In this document: positions 35,231 through 44,669 of the stretch, piece after piece
Numbering within the stretch: the stretch's first letter is position 1
How the letters are laid out: each line of letters begins with the position of its first letter
Assembly (NCBI GenBank): GCA_044359385.1
Contig: JBIKMG010000004.1
Coordinates: 1 to 53,441, forward strand
Source: Coxiellaceae bacterium
Lineage (GTDB): Bacteria; Pseudomonadota; Gammaproteobacteria; JAJRRL01
DNA length: 53,441 nt
Direction of reading: 5' to 3'
Notes under the pieces: model-generated
The model's database searches: none
Told to the model about the DNA's origin: nothing
What the model saw: the letters and a program-made list of their open reading frames with translations, nothing else
Made by a program: the position numbers and the translations under genes

Positions 35231-36655
35231 TTATTTTGATTCGTGGGTTTTAATCCGTTTATAATGAAGCAAGGCTTTTTGCCTTGCTTCATTATGTTTA
35301 ACCAGACGTTCAGGGTAATCGTGACCTAAGACTATTCCGAGTTGATCCTCCGGTGCCATCCAGGGTTCATGAACAAAAGGAACAGGGACCGTTCTAAGCT
35401 CAGGAATCCATCGTTTCACATAATCGCCATGGGGATCGAATTTTTCGCCCTGTAAAACGGGATTAAAAATACGAAAATAAGGCGCCGCATCAGCCCCACA
35501 TCCAGCAACCCATTGCCAGCTCGCTGAGTTACTCGCCAAATCAGCATCCACTAACGTATCTAAAAACCAGCTCGCTCCCAGGCGCCAGTCAATCAGACAA
35601 TCTTTTGTTAAAAATGAGGCAACAATCATACGTACTCGATTGTGCATATAACCGGTATGCCATAACTCTCTCATTCCCGCATCGACAATAGGATAGCCGG
35701 TCATTCCTTTTTGCCAGCGGGTTAGAAAATCGGGCTTGTTTTCCCAGGGAAACGTGTCAAAAGTCGACTTGTAGTTGGCGTGTGGTAAAGAAGGAAAATG
35801 ATACAGTAAATAGTAGGAAAATTCGCGCCAGCCAAGTTCAGATAAAAATCGATCGACAGATATTAAGTCGCAATCCGGATCCAGTTTCGCCAATTCAAGC
35901 GTGCGCCAAATTTGCCAAGGACTGATTTCTCCAAAATGTAAATGAGGAGAAAGTTTTGAGGTTGTATCTTTAGCCGGTTCATCACGAGAACTGTGGTAGC
36001 CCTTCAGATGCGTATCAACAAAATGGGCTAATTTCTTCAAAGCACCTTCTTCGCCAGGCTGCCAATAATCGCCAAATGCATGAGCCCAATTCGGCTTAGT
36101 CGGTAGTAGTTTCCAGCTGGCCAGAGAATCGCTATCGGCTTTTAACCCTTTGGGTGTGTGGGAGGGGGTATACGAGTTAGGAATTTTTATCTTGTTTAAA
36201 CAAGTGCGCCAGTAGGGGGTGAATACTTTAAAAAAACCGCCAGATTTATTTTTTATTTCCCAAGGTTCATTTAGTAAGCAACCCTGGCGGCTCTCGACAC
36301 GAGTGCCTTTTTTCTGAAAAAACGATTTGATGACTGTGTCACGCTCTATCGAAAGAGGATCATAAGAGCGGTTCCAATAGAGGGATTCAATTTTATAGTC
36401 TATCGCCAATTGTTTTAAAACAGAGAATGCATTTCCTCGACGCAGGCACAAGTTGAGTTCGAGTTGGTTTAGGCTTTGATCTAAGGATCTCAAGCTGTGA
36501 TGTAGCCACCATCGTTGAGACGCACCTAAGCTTTCCGTTTCATTTAGAATGTATAAAGGGATAATCGCATCATGATTAGCGCAGGCTGCTGTAAATGCAG
36601 GATTGTCATAAAGACGCAAGTCTTGTCGAAACCATACGAGGGCCGTAGATGTCAT
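35231..36655 (-). CDS. phrB: deoxyribodipyrimidine photolyase
   Basis: 474 aa. The N-terminal LVWFRQDLRLYDNPAF and C-terminal FAD-binding signatures (TGYPIVDAGMRELWHTGYMHNRVRMIVASFL, WQWVAGCGADAAPYFRIFNP) are classical class I photolyase motifs. Confidence 0.95.
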   Translation of the reverse strand: MTSTALVWFRQDLRLYDNPAFTAACANHDAIIPLYILNETESLGASQRWWLHHSLRSLDQSLNQLELNLCLRRGNAFSVLKQLAIDYKIESLYWNRSYDPLSIERDTVIKSFFQKKGTRVESRQGCLLNEPWEIKNKSGGFFKVFTPYWRTCLNKIKIPNSYTPSHTPKGLKADSDSLASWKLLPTKPNWAHAFGDYWQPGEEGALKKLAHFVDTHLKGYHSSRDEPAKDTTSKLSPHLHFGEISPWQIWRTLELAKLDPDCDLISVDRFLSELGWREFSYYLLYHFPSLPHANYKSTFDTFPWENKPDFLTRWQKGMTGYPIVDAGMRELWHTGYMHNRVRMIVASFLTKDCLIDWRLGASWFLDTLVDADLASNSASWQWVAGCGADAAPYFRIFNPVLQGEKFDPHGDYVKRWIPELRTVPVPFVHEPWMAPEDQLGIVLGHDYPERLVKHNEARQKALLHYKRIKTHESK

Positions 36656-36668
36656 GGATAGTCACCCC

Positions 36669-37598
36669 TTATGTTATGGATCTCATGCCTTTGTCACGGA
36701 GTGCATCGATCAAGTGGGGGTAATGAAAGTGGTAACCGAGGGTGAGTAGACGATGAGGTATGACACGCTGACCGTGAAGTAGAAGGCAATCCCCCATTTC
36801 ACCGAATAAAAGTCGAATCATAACAGCCGGGATTTTTAAAAATAAGGGTCGATGTATTGTTTTTGCGAGTGCTCGTGCAAATTCAGATTGAGAGACCGGG
36901 TTTGGAGCGGTGATATTAAAGGCCCCCGTTAAATGGGGTTTGTCAACCAAGAATAAAATCGCACCCACAACATCATCGATATGAATCCAAGATATCATCT
37001 GTTTTCCATCACCGATAATACTGCCGAGCCCGAGATAAAAACTGGGTAAAAGCTTTTTGAGCATACCATCACCGTAACCAAGAACAACGCCAAAACGTGC
37101 ACTAGTGACATTTAACCCATAATCTATCGCGGGCTCCAGTGCTTGCTGCCAACGAATGCCTATTTCACCCATGAAATCACGGGGATTTTCAAGATCAATG
37201 ACGCTATCCTCATCAAACGTTGCCTTATCTGTGTTGTCTTGCATTCCATAAATTCCCACAGCATTGGCACAAATAAAATGGGGTTTCGCTTCGTGTTTGA
37301 TTGCCCAAGCGACTAAGGCAGATGTTGTAGCAACGCGAGATTGAATGATTTCTTCTTTAACACGCGCGTTCCATCGCGAAGCAGCCAGATTGTAACCACA
37401 AAGATGGATAATACAATCATAGGCGCGAGCGTCTAAATCCGGCAGGCTTGTCCAGTCCAGGGTATGGATAGAGTGATCAAATTGGCGACGTAGCTTTTTT
37501 TTATCGCGGCCTAATGCGGTAATTGTATGCTTGGATTGCAACGCTGCTACGAGTTTTGTTCCAATAAATCCGGTTGCTCCTGCAATTAATAGGTTCAA
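36669..37598 (-). CDS. TIGR01777/YfcH-like SDR-family epimerase (DUF1731 C-terminus)
   Basis: N-terminal Rossmann motif LIAGATGFIGTKL. About 309 aa. The C-terminal LLHGQRVIPHRLLTLGYHFHYP resembles the DUF1731 tail. Confidence 0.8.
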   Translation of the reverse strand: MNLLIAGATGFIGTKLVAALQSKHTITALGRDKKKLRRQFDHSIHTLDWTSLPDLDARAYDCIIHLCGYNLAASRWNARVKEEIIQSRVATTSALVAWAIKHEAKPHFICANAVGIYGMQDNTDKATFDEDSVIDLENPRDFMGEIGIRWQQALEPAIDYGLNVTSARFGVVLGYGDGMLKKLLPSFYLGLGSIIGDGKQMISWIHIDDVVGAILFLVDKPHLTGAFNITAPNPVSQSEFARALAKTIHRPLFLKIPAVMIRLLFGEMGDCLLLHGQRVIPHRLLTLGYHFHYPHLIDALRDKGMRSIT

Positions 37599-37795
37599 GC
37601 CTCTTCTCCTTATCTAAAGTCTATCATTTTCTAGAAGTGATTAACGTGTTTTGAGTTTGAGCCAGGCATACATGAGTGATCGACTCAAGATGGGTCTGTC
37701 TTCATATAGATGAGACAACCTTCCCTCGAATTATGACCCGATTTTTCGCGCGAGTCTACCAGCCTCTCCCCTAAAATTTCAGAGGGTAAGTTGCG

Positions 37796-37825
37796 TTGAC
37801 AAAGCACGAATGTGACTGATATGCT
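37796..37825 (+). promoter_or_regulatory. candidate sigma70 promoter
   Basis: TTGACA (37796-37801), an 18-nt spacer, then TATGCT (37820-37825), about 55 nt upstream of the ATG at 37879. Confidence 0.35.
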
Positions 37826-37878
37826 CGCGCTTTTAGTCGTCATTCACTGAAAAGCGAAGGCTTTGGAATAAAACCCTC

Positions 37879-38868
37879 ATGACTCGTTCGTATTATATTT
37901 CAGCATACGCCACATCTCCATCGGTTGATCCATGGGATTTGGAAATGGAGTCCCGCTATTTTCAGCGCTTGGCTGAAAATCAAAATATTGCGGGGATTGA
38001 GCATCCATTTCTCATGAATACGGATCGATATCCGGTGGATTTTCTAAAAGACCATATTCCCGCTCATTGGTCGCTCACGATGACGACGTTACCTTTTATG
38101 ATGCAAATGTCGAATAAAAACGCGTCATTTGGCTTGGCTTCGATGGAAGACGTGTCGAGAAAGGCTGCGGTAAAAGGTATTGCCGAGCTTCGAGATTATG
38201 TGTGTCGCCTCCATGATATTTTTGGTCGTCAGTTGGTGAGGGCGGTGCATATCCATTCGTCTCCCAAAAACACGGATAAGGATCAAAAAGGAAATGTCTC
38301 TTGTTTTCAACATTCCTTGAGTGATTTGAAAAAGATGGGCTGGGATGGAATTGATTTAAATTTAGAACATTGTGATGCTTATATCCCGAAAAAAAAGTCG
38401 GAAAAAGGGTTTTTAGGATTGGAGAGTGAGATTGAGGCCATCTCTAAAATAGGCGGCTTTGGTATAATATTAAATTGGGCAAGGTCGGCGATTGAAGGTC
38501 GATCTTTGGAAACAGCGGTGGCACATATTGAACTGACTAAAAAATACGACTTGTTAAAAGGGTTTTTCTTTTCAAGTTGTACGTCAAACCCGCTTAGCAT
38601 TTATGGTGCGTGGCAAGATACGCATATGCCACCGAAACGGTTTATCGAGGATGCGTATCTGGATAACGATAGTTTGCTCGGCCAAAAAGAAATTCGTCGG
38701 GTTTTTTCGTGCTTAGATGAACGTGTCTATTTGGGCATAAAGGTGCATGATCCCCAAGAAGATAAATGCGTGGAAACGTCAGTGGGTTTAAATTTTGGAA
38801 CATTAAACGCAATAGAGGCTGCGATGTCTGACTCTTTTGAGACACAGCGGGGCCGGCCGTTAATTTAA
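37879..38868 (+). CDS. hypothetical cytoplasmic protein (possibly TIM-barrel, sugar-phosphate isomerase/epimerase-like)
   Basis: 329-aa ORF with no signal peptide or TM helix. The fold suggestion rests only on an alternating beta/alpha-like pattern and an LNLEHCDA segment, so it is weak. Confidence 0.4.
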   Translation: MTRSYYISAYATSPSVDPWDLEMESRYFQRLAENQNIAGIEHPFLMNTDRYPVDFLKDHIPAHWSLTMTTLPFMMQMSNKNASFGLASMEDVSRKAAVKGIAELRDYVCRLHDIFGRQLVRAVHIHSSPKNTDKDQKGNVSCFQHSLSDLKKMGWDGIDLNLEHCDAYIPKKKSEKGFLGLESEIEAISKIGGFGIILNWARSAIEGRSLETAVAHIELTKKYDLLKGFFFSSCTSNPLSIYGAWQDTHMPPKRFIEDAYLDNDSLLGQKEIRRVFSCLDERVYLGIKVHDPQEDKCVETSVGLNFGTLNAIEAAMSDSFETQRGRPLI

Positions 38869-38895
38869 CCTGAGCAGGTAAAGAGGAATAGTGAG

Positions 38896-39645
38896 ATGAT
38901 TCAATTAAAAACAACGATAAAGTGGTCACTGACAATGAGCGCTGCGGTTCTATTGACAGCTTGCGTGCCACATTTAACGCAGCAGCAATGTAAGACAATT
39001 AATTGGTATGACATGGGGTTTAACGATAGTAGCCAGGGGCAATGGCAACGTAATTTAGGGCGTGATATTACCGACTGTGCCAAGTTTGAGATAGATGTGA
39101 ATACAAAGGCGTATGCTCGTGGCTTTGAAGCGGGAGCCAGGGAATTTTGTCGTCCAGCCAATGGTTTTCGTCTTGGAGTGAATGGACAAAATTACAATCC
39201 TATTTGTCCACCAGATAGAGCACAGCCCTTTAATCAGGAATGGCGGCGAGGGTTAAGAAAATATTGTGTTCCTGAGACGGGTTACAATCTAGGCCGTTCT
39301 GGAAAAGATTTTCCAAACTTCTGCTCACTAAATCAAGTTGTTTCCTTTCGCAATGCCTACGAGGCTGGGCGACGTATTTTTGATGCCATTCGGTTGATTC
39401 AGGGAGAGATGGATAACAATAATCGACGCATGATGGAAGCTGCTCGTCAGATTCGTACCCTAAATCGGAATATCCGAGATTGGGAGCAGCAACTCAGTCA
39501 AGCAAAAGGTCCACAACGAAAAGAGCTGAACCAAAAAATTAACGAAGGGCAACGTGAGATCACAGAACTGAATCGACAGATCAATAGTATGGAAAATAAT
39601 CGGGATAGGTTGCAAAATCAGTTGAATAAACAGAATTTACGCTAG
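38896..39645 (+). CDS. DUF2799-like lipoprotein with C-terminal coiled coil
   Basis: Lipobox LLTAC. Three Cys-containing repeats of the form C..(N)W...G...G (CKTINWYDMGFNDSSQG; CRPANGFRLGVNG; CVPETGYNLGRSG), followed by a heptad-rich Q/N/R tail. Confidence 0.6.
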   Translation: MIQLKTTIKWSLTMSAAVLLTACVPHLTQQQCKTINWYDMGFNDSSQGQWQRNLGRDITDCAKFEIDVNTKAYARGFEAGAREFCRPANGFRLGVNGQNYNPICPPDRAQPFNQEWRRGLRKYCVPETGYNLGRSGKDFPNFCSLNQVVSFRNAYEAGRRIFDAIRLIQGEMDNNNRRMMEAARQIRTLNRNIRDWEQQLSQAKGPQRKELNQKINEGQREITELNRQINSMENNRDRLQNQLNKQNLR

Positions 39646-39679
39646 ATGAGTCAGTTTTGTCGGATGAATAGGATCTGTA

Positions 39680-39820
39680 TTATTTTTTGCTAGGGTCATT
39701 GCGCAATGATCTTAACGAGATAACAACGGCTTTTCGAAGTTTTTTTGCGCCTAAAATCATCCCCATCAGCGCAACGATGGCTGAAGCGACTGCCAGATTA
39801 ACTAGGTGTACCCCCATCAT
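39680..39820 (-). CDS. possible small single-TM protein (46 aa)
   Basis: Below the track cut-off. ATGATG at 39820 is preceded by GAAGGAGAG. It reads MMGVHLVNLAVASAIVALMGMILGAKKLRKAVVISLRSLRNDPSKK and overlaps the 3' end of the upstream ORF by 23 nt. Confidence 0.3.
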   Translation of the reverse strand: MMGVHLVNLAVASAIVALMGMILGAKKLRKAVVISLRSLRNDPSKK

Positions 39821-40082
39821 GACTCTCCTTCTCGACTATTGGGCCGTGCTTCTGCGCGGCCTCTAGCTTCAGCAGAAACGCGGCAGGGTGAGGATTGATC
39901 CACCCTAGCGAATAGGATAGCAAAATTAATAAAAACAAAACAACCGAGGCGAGCACCCGCCAAGTAAGAGAGCCTAATAGCGCGAGTGAGCTATTCGTCG
40001 ATCGAATCAAGCAGTATGCTGCTGAAGCCAGGCAATATAAAATTCCAAATGCGAAAAGAGCAACGATTATTCGTATTATCAT
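39798..40082 (-). CDS. small membrane protein (two to three TM helices; possibly DUF2909-like)
   Basis: 94 aa, hydrophobic (IIVALFAFGILYCLASAAYCLI and VLASVVLFLLILLSYSLGWI). It overlaps the gmhB stop by 4 nt. Confidence 0.45.
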   Translation of the reverse strand: MIIRIIVALFAFGILYCLASAAYCLIRSTNSSLALLGSLTWRVLASVVLFLLILLSYSLGWINPHPAAFLLKLEAAQKHGPIVEKESHDGGTPS

Positions 40083-40627
40083 AAATGAAACACCTCTTTT
40101 ACAACGGCGGCTAAATCCGCAAAGACATGGTTGGGTGGAATATCGTTCTCGTATTTAGCCAGAGTACGCTCGCCTTTCCCAGTTCTAACCAAATAAGGGG
40201 TTATCCCCATCGCTTTAGCAACCTGCCAGTCTGACCAACTATCCCCCACCATCACGCAATACGCGAATTCTTTCGGATAATCAGCCGAAATCGATTGCAA
40301 AAGGCCTGGACTGGGTTTTCGACAGTCACAGCCGGCATCGGGCCTATGAGGACAAACGTAAATACCATCTATGTAAGCGCCTTGGCTCTTTAATGCCGCA
40401 TGCATTTTATCGTGGATAGCATTCAACGTTTCGATGGAAAAGTAGCCACGGCCAACGCCCGATTGATTCGTTGCGATCACAACGGGAATTTGTGCTTGGT
40501 TACACATCGCAATGGCACGCAGGCTCGATTCAATCGGAATAAAATCATCAGGACAACGGATATAGTTATCCGAATCTAAATTAATGACACCATCGCGGTC
40601 TAAGATTAAAAGTTTTATTTTTTTCAT
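40079..40627 (-). CDS. gmhB: D-glycero-beta-D-manno-heptose 1,7-bisphosphate 7-phosphatase
   Basis: HAD-IIIA motifs LILDRDGVIN, ATNQSG and GDSWSDWQ, plus the GmhB zinc-site cysteines CPHRPDAGCDCRKP. Confidence 0.9.
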   Translation of the reverse strand: MKKIKLLILDRDGVINLDSDNYIRCPDDFIPIESSLRAIAMCNQAQIPVVIATNQSGVGRGYFSIETLNAIHDKMHAALKSQGAYIDGIYVCPHRPDAGCDCRKPSPGLLQSISADYPKEFAYCVMVGDSWSDWQVAKAMGITPYLVRTGKGERTLAKYENDIPPNHVFADLAAVVKEVFHL

Positions 40628-41838
40628 CAGCTAAGCATCTTTAAGACATCCGGAAAAATAGTGTAAATGCTATAGATCATTAAGGCACAAGAGATAGCAA
40701 TAACAGCTAAAACAAGCGATTTTCCTCCTGAAACTCGGTACCCTTTTGCCATATTCATCCGACAATACCGGCCCACATAGGCCATTAATGCCGGTAAAAA
40801 TACGAGTAAGTAAATACAGCACAAGCCGGCAAAAGTGAGTGCTGGAATAAAAATAGACGGATCAATAATCACGATCAGCAAGGGGGGTAAAATACTTAGT
40901 CCCAACACGAACCATAATGCAAGGCCATGCTTTCGAACACGAAGCCCATCCGCAATAAAATCAGTCAAACCAAGCCCCACGCCCAGAAATGAAGTGCTAA
41001 TGCACAGTGCTGTAAATAATTCGGCAGCCGTATCAAACCACGGAGTATGAATGATCGCGGTCAATGCGTGCGTTAGGTGAGTAACCGCATGCGATTGCCC
41101 TGACCACTGCAATAAGCTCTGGTGAAAAACCGTGCCTGCTACCACAAAATTCCAGATCAAATAACACAGTAAAGGAATCAAACTGCCAATGAGGATGGAC
41201 AGCCGCAACATGTGCAGATCACTTTTAAAATAGGATCTCAGAGAGGGAATAATCGAGCCATAACCAAAGGCGGTCACAATCACCAATAACGCTGATTTTA
41301 TTTCCCAAAAATGACCATCCCACAGATGCGTAGACTTAACGACAGGGAATAAGGCAGCAATCAAAATCAGGTATAAGGCCAGCTTCAGAATCATTAAAAT
41401 ACGATTGACTCGATCTACGATGTAAACGCCGAAATATAAAATAACGCCCATGATAAGCGCAAATAAGCCACGATTGATCACAGGATGGGTGGGAAGATGG
41501 ATGTAAATAAATAGCTGACTGATTAAATCAGCACCGCCTGCTGTGTACGCAGATAGTAACGTGTAAAGCAAAAGCAAGTAAAACAGCCAGGTGATAATTT
41601 CAGCTGAGCGGCCTAAGGTTTTTCTAGCCATAGAAATTAAGTTAGCGCCATCTGGAAACCACAAGTTGACTTCCAGCAAGAGCAACGCTGCGACCATCAT
41701 CAGCAACCAAACAAAGACAAAAAGACAAGAGGCATGTAGATAGCTGCCCGCAGCAACAGCCATCGGCAGCGCTAGCATGCCTCCACCAATCGAGGTTCCA
41801 ACAATTAATAATATGCCACCCATTAAATTTTTTCGCAC
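40627..41838 (-). CDS. aromatic amino acid permease (Mtr/TnaB/TyrP family)
   Basis: 403 aa, about 11 TM helices. The N-terminal GGILLIVGTSIGGGMLALP is the hallmark of the HAAAP family. Confidence 0.85.
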   Translation of the reverse strand: MRKNLMGGILLIVGTSIGGGMLALPMAVAAGSYLHASCLFVFVWLLMMVAALLLLEVNLWFPDGANLISMARKTLGRSAEIITWLFYLLLLYTLLSAYTAGGADLISQLFIYIHLPTHPVINRGLFALIMGVILYFGVYIVDRVNRILMILKLALYLILIAALFPVVKSTHLWDGHFWEIKSALLVIVTAFGYGSIIPSLRSYFKSDLHMLRLSILIGSLIPLLCYLIWNFVVAGTVFHQSLLQWSGQSHAVTHLTHALTAIIHTPWFDTAAELFTALCISTSFLGVGLGLTDFIADGLRVRKHGLALWFVLGLSILPPLLIVIIDPSIFIPALTFAGLCCIYLLVFLPALMAYVGRYCRMNMAKGYRVSGGKSLVLAVIAISCALMIYSIYTIFPDVLKMLS

Positions 41839-41858
41839 ATTGTCCCCTGGCGGTTACA

Positions 41859-42374
41859 CTACGTCATATCCGCTAACGGCTGATCTGACTCACGGGAGCT
41901 GCTAATTTTGTTATGCTCTTTTTCAAACTGTGCTTGCAACTCTTTTCGTAATTGGGCATTTTCAAAACGCCTTACTTGCTCTTTTGTTTTTAAATCAAGG
42001 GGAGTAACCGCAACGGGCTTCATGTTTTCATCAAGAGCAACCATCGTGAAGTAGCAAGAATTGGTGTGTGTCTTTGCACCGGTCCTTAAATTTTCTGACT
42101 CAACGCGTATTCCAATTTCCATCGAGCTGCGACCCACATAATTCACGCTAGCCCTACAGGTGACCAAGTCGCCAACATGTACGGGCTTTTTAAATAAAAC
42201 CTGATTCACGCTCAAAGTCACAACGTAACGATGACTGTATTTTGCCGCACAAGCGTAGGCAACTTGATCCATCAATCGCAGTAAATGACCGCCGTGAATA
42301 TCGCCGGCGAAGTTTGCTTTTTCTGGCGTCATGACCTCTGTCATGATAAGGGTATGTGAATCAATTACGGTCAT
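41859..42374 (-). CDS. acyl-CoA thioesterase (hotdog fold, YciA-like)
   Basis: 171 aa. ANFAGDIHGGHLLRLMDQVAYACA and VNYVGRSSMEIGIRV match YciA/BFIT-type thioesterases. Confidence 0.85.
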   Translation of the reverse strand: MTVIDSHTLIMTEVMTPEKANFAGDIHGGHLLRLMDQVAYACAAKYSHRYVVTLSVNQVLFKKPVHVGDLVTCRASVNYVGRSSMEIGIRVESENLRTGAKTHTNSCYFTMVALDENMKPVAVTPLDLKTKEQVRRFENAQLRKELQAQFEKEHNKISSSRESDQPLADMT

Positions 42375-42402
42375 ATTCAGGTCCTTGTGAGTTATGGGGT
42401 TC

Positions 42403-44034
42403 TTATTTTATTTTGCCAGAAGCAGTGTCCGTTGGTGGAGTGGGTAAATCAAGCCCCTGAATATATTCTTTTATTTTGTAGGAAGGTAAGCTATACCGGA
42501 CAGCGATGCCCAGTATCGCCAAGCAAAAGACAGCTAAGTAAACCAAGTCCCAGCCAAAGGTGATTTTACCCATCCCTCCTCCAAAGGTACCTAAGTAAGA
42601 AAAAATACCGATGCCGACAAAATAGGGCCAAACCCATGAAGATTCACGCCAGTCTAGTCGGTGGAGGTCTTGGTAGGACTTCGGACGGAAGTAGAAGTTC
42701 CCTAGCATGACTAGCAATCCCAAGAACATAGCAACGCACATTTTGGAAACAATATTCCAGCCGCTCCAATAGGTGAGCAAGGTACAAATATAAAAAGCGA
42801 TATAGCTCCAGACGCCTGGGAAAGGAAGCTTGAACGGGCGGTATTGATTAGGTTGGCGGCGACGCAGTGCCAATAAACAAATAGGACCCAGGCCATAAGT
42901 GGTTGCCATTAAAGAGGTTAAAAAGATTATCATGCTATTCCAACCCGGCAATGGGGCAAACATGAGAAGGCCTAATACAAAGTTTAGCAAGATCGCATAA
43001 ACAGGACTTTGTTGCGTATTTAAATGAAAAAATAGGCGCGTAATTTGATTGTTTTTGCTCATGCCATAGAGTGAGCGAGAGGCGGAGCCCATATACATCA
43101 TCCCTGCAGCCAAGGGGCCGATTATGGCTCCTGTATATAAAATGGGGGTTAGGTAATTTAAGTGATCTTCATGGAGGATTGTAACAAAGGGGCTATTGCC
43201 ACTCCTCAAAAATAGTTCATGCCAACCATGCAATAAGTTGCCATGTGATAAAGAAAACAAGAAAGCCAATTGCAGCAAAAGGTAAACCAACAAACTAACG
43301 ACGACAGATCCGATGACGGCAATGGGCATTGCAATCGCGGGTCGTTTTGCTTCCCCGGCCATTTCACAAGCCTGTTTGAACCCGTTAAATGCAAATAAAA
43401 TACCACCAGCAGCCAGTGCGGATAAGATGCCGCGCCAACCCTCTGGGTTAAACGGTGTTAGCTTTTCAGCCATCATGGCAGTCACTGTTTTACTTGCAGG
43501 TACTTGATGGTACAAATAGTAAAAAATAACAGCAACCAATCCAATAGGAATTAATACCTTCAATACAGTTAAGAAAGAGTTGCAGCGCATGAGCCAACGT
43601 AATGAATAGGTATTTAAGGCCGAAATAAGCAGCATCATCACAACAGCAACGGCATAGCCTGTGTGTGTTAAGCCACCACTCACATAGACGAGCTTAGGAA
43701 AGAAGTAACTAAAGTATTGAATGATTGCTTGGACCTCTGTGGGAACCAAAGCCATATAAGATAACCAAATAGCCCAAGAAAACATAAAACTAACGACCGT
43801 TCCATGTGTAAAAAGTGGGATTCGAATACTCGACCCAGTCACGGGTAGCATCGCGCAAAGCTCAGCAAAGACAAAAGCCACCATAATGACAGCGACACCG
43901 CCGATCACCCAAGATAACAAAGAGGCAGGTCCGGCCAGTTGAGAGGTGTAGAGAGTCGTAAATAACCAACCAGAGCCTAAAATAGCACTGATTGAAGCGA
44001 GTAGCAGAGACCAAGTAGATAGAGATCTTTTCAT
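42403..44034 (-). CDS. APC superfamily amino acid permease
   Basis: 543 aa polytopic protein. The N-terminal ILGSGWLF segment and overall topology are typical of amino acid/polyamine/organocation transporters. Confidence 0.8.
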   Translation of the reverse strand: MKRSLSTWSLLLASISAILGSGWLFTTLYTSQLAGPASLLSWVIGGVAVIMVAFVFAELCAMLPVTGSSIRIPLFTHGTVVSFMFSWAIWLSYMALVPTEVQAIIQYFSYFFPKLVYVSGGLTHTGYAVAVVMMLLISALNTYSLRWLMRCNSFLTVLKVLIPIGLVAVIFYYLYHQVPASKTVTAMMAEKLTPFNPEGWRGILSALAAGGILFAFNGFKQACEMAGEAKRPAIAMPIAVIGSVVVSLLVYLLLQLAFLFSLSHGNLLHGWHELFLRSGNSPFVTILHEDHLNYLTPILYTGAIIGPLAAGMMYMGSASRSLYGMSKNNQITRLFFHLNTQQSPVYAILLNFVLGLLMFAPLPGWNSMIIFLTSLMATTYGLGPICLLALRRRQPNQYRPFKLPFPGVWSYIAFYICTLLTYWSGWNIVSKMCVAMFLGLLVMLGNFYFRPKSYQDLHRLDWRESSWVWPYFVGIGIFSYLGTFGGGMGKITFGWDLVYLAVFCLAILGIAVRYSLPSYKIKEYIQGLDLPTPPTDTASGKIK

Positions 44035-44405
44035 GAGATAAACCCATTATTGTATTTCAGAGGTCAGATAAGGTAACAGACCGCGCCGCTCGACACAAAT
44101 AGAAAGCCTTTTACGCAGGGTAGCAGCCGGTTAATACGTGAGAAAAGGTCGGATAAAGTTATAAAATGCCTATTTTCAAGCGCAGAAAGCAAAAAGAGAT
44201 CTTGGAATACGTAAAGGAAGAGGCAGAATAAGATAGTTGCGTGAATATAACGTTGCTTGGCAAAAAAAAAGGGTGGGTGAGGCCCCAAGAGCATAAGTTT
44301 CTGTTAAGAATTATACGGTGGTTTTTTCTGTAGGTGATAGTAAACTTTATATTGTACGGATAATACATTAGTGTATTTATGCAAGATCCCAATCAGGAGC
44401 GATTC

Positions 44406-44627
44406 ATGCGGTTAGATGATGAGGAGCTGGAGCGGAGGTTAGCGCATGATGTTGTGGATGAAGGGGGTGAAGCCCTGGATCGATGGTTTCCTAAGCTCGA
44501 AGATCAGAGTCAGCCTATTGCGCAGCAGCGTGATTTAATTGCTGGACTGGGTTTGCTCATGATGGATCAGTCAGCGGAAGCTGCGCATCCACATCCTTTC
44601 GGTGGGGGTGGGAGTAAAGGGATATAA
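44406..44627 (+). CDS. small acidic hypothetical protein (73 aa)
   Basis: The ATG at 44406 is preceded by AGGAG at a 6-nt spacing, whereas the track start at 44379 lacks a Shine-Dalgarno sequence. Rich in D and E. First gene of a co-directional four-gene block. Confidence 0.5.
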   Translation: MRLDDEELERRLAHDVVDEGGEALDRWFPKLEDQSQPIAQQRDLIAGLGLLMMDQSAEAAHPHPFGGGGSKGI

Positions 44628-44669
44628 CACAGAGAGTTCGTGTTCGTTTAATAAATAATGGAGGGAGTG

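Noticed and set aside
25144-35235. Compared the DNA immediately left (25144-25170) and right (35194-35235) of the T4SS block for direct repeats or att-like sequences that would indicate an integrated element.
   Set aside because: I found no convincing repeat by eye, and no integrase or tRNA is present. A proper repeat search and whole-genome comparison are needed before excluding an old insertion.
44064-44294. 76-aa minus-strand ORF in the leader of the APC permease gene containing PPFFF from a T9 tract, preceded by a perfect TATAAT. Considered as a Phe-type attenuator leader peptide or a small terminator.
   Set aside because: The ORF is far longer than known leader peptides. The hairpin before the T-run has only about 4 GC pairs with a bulge, and the three Phe codons are simply the T9 run. 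Evidence is insufficient.
44340-44378. Imperfect palindrome ATAATACA-N4-TGTATTTAT just upstream of the orphan operon, tested as a dif (XerC/D) site.
   Set aside because: The XerD-like arm matches 8 of 11 positions, but the XerC-arm position matches only 4 of 11. It may be an operator, but it is not a credible dif site.
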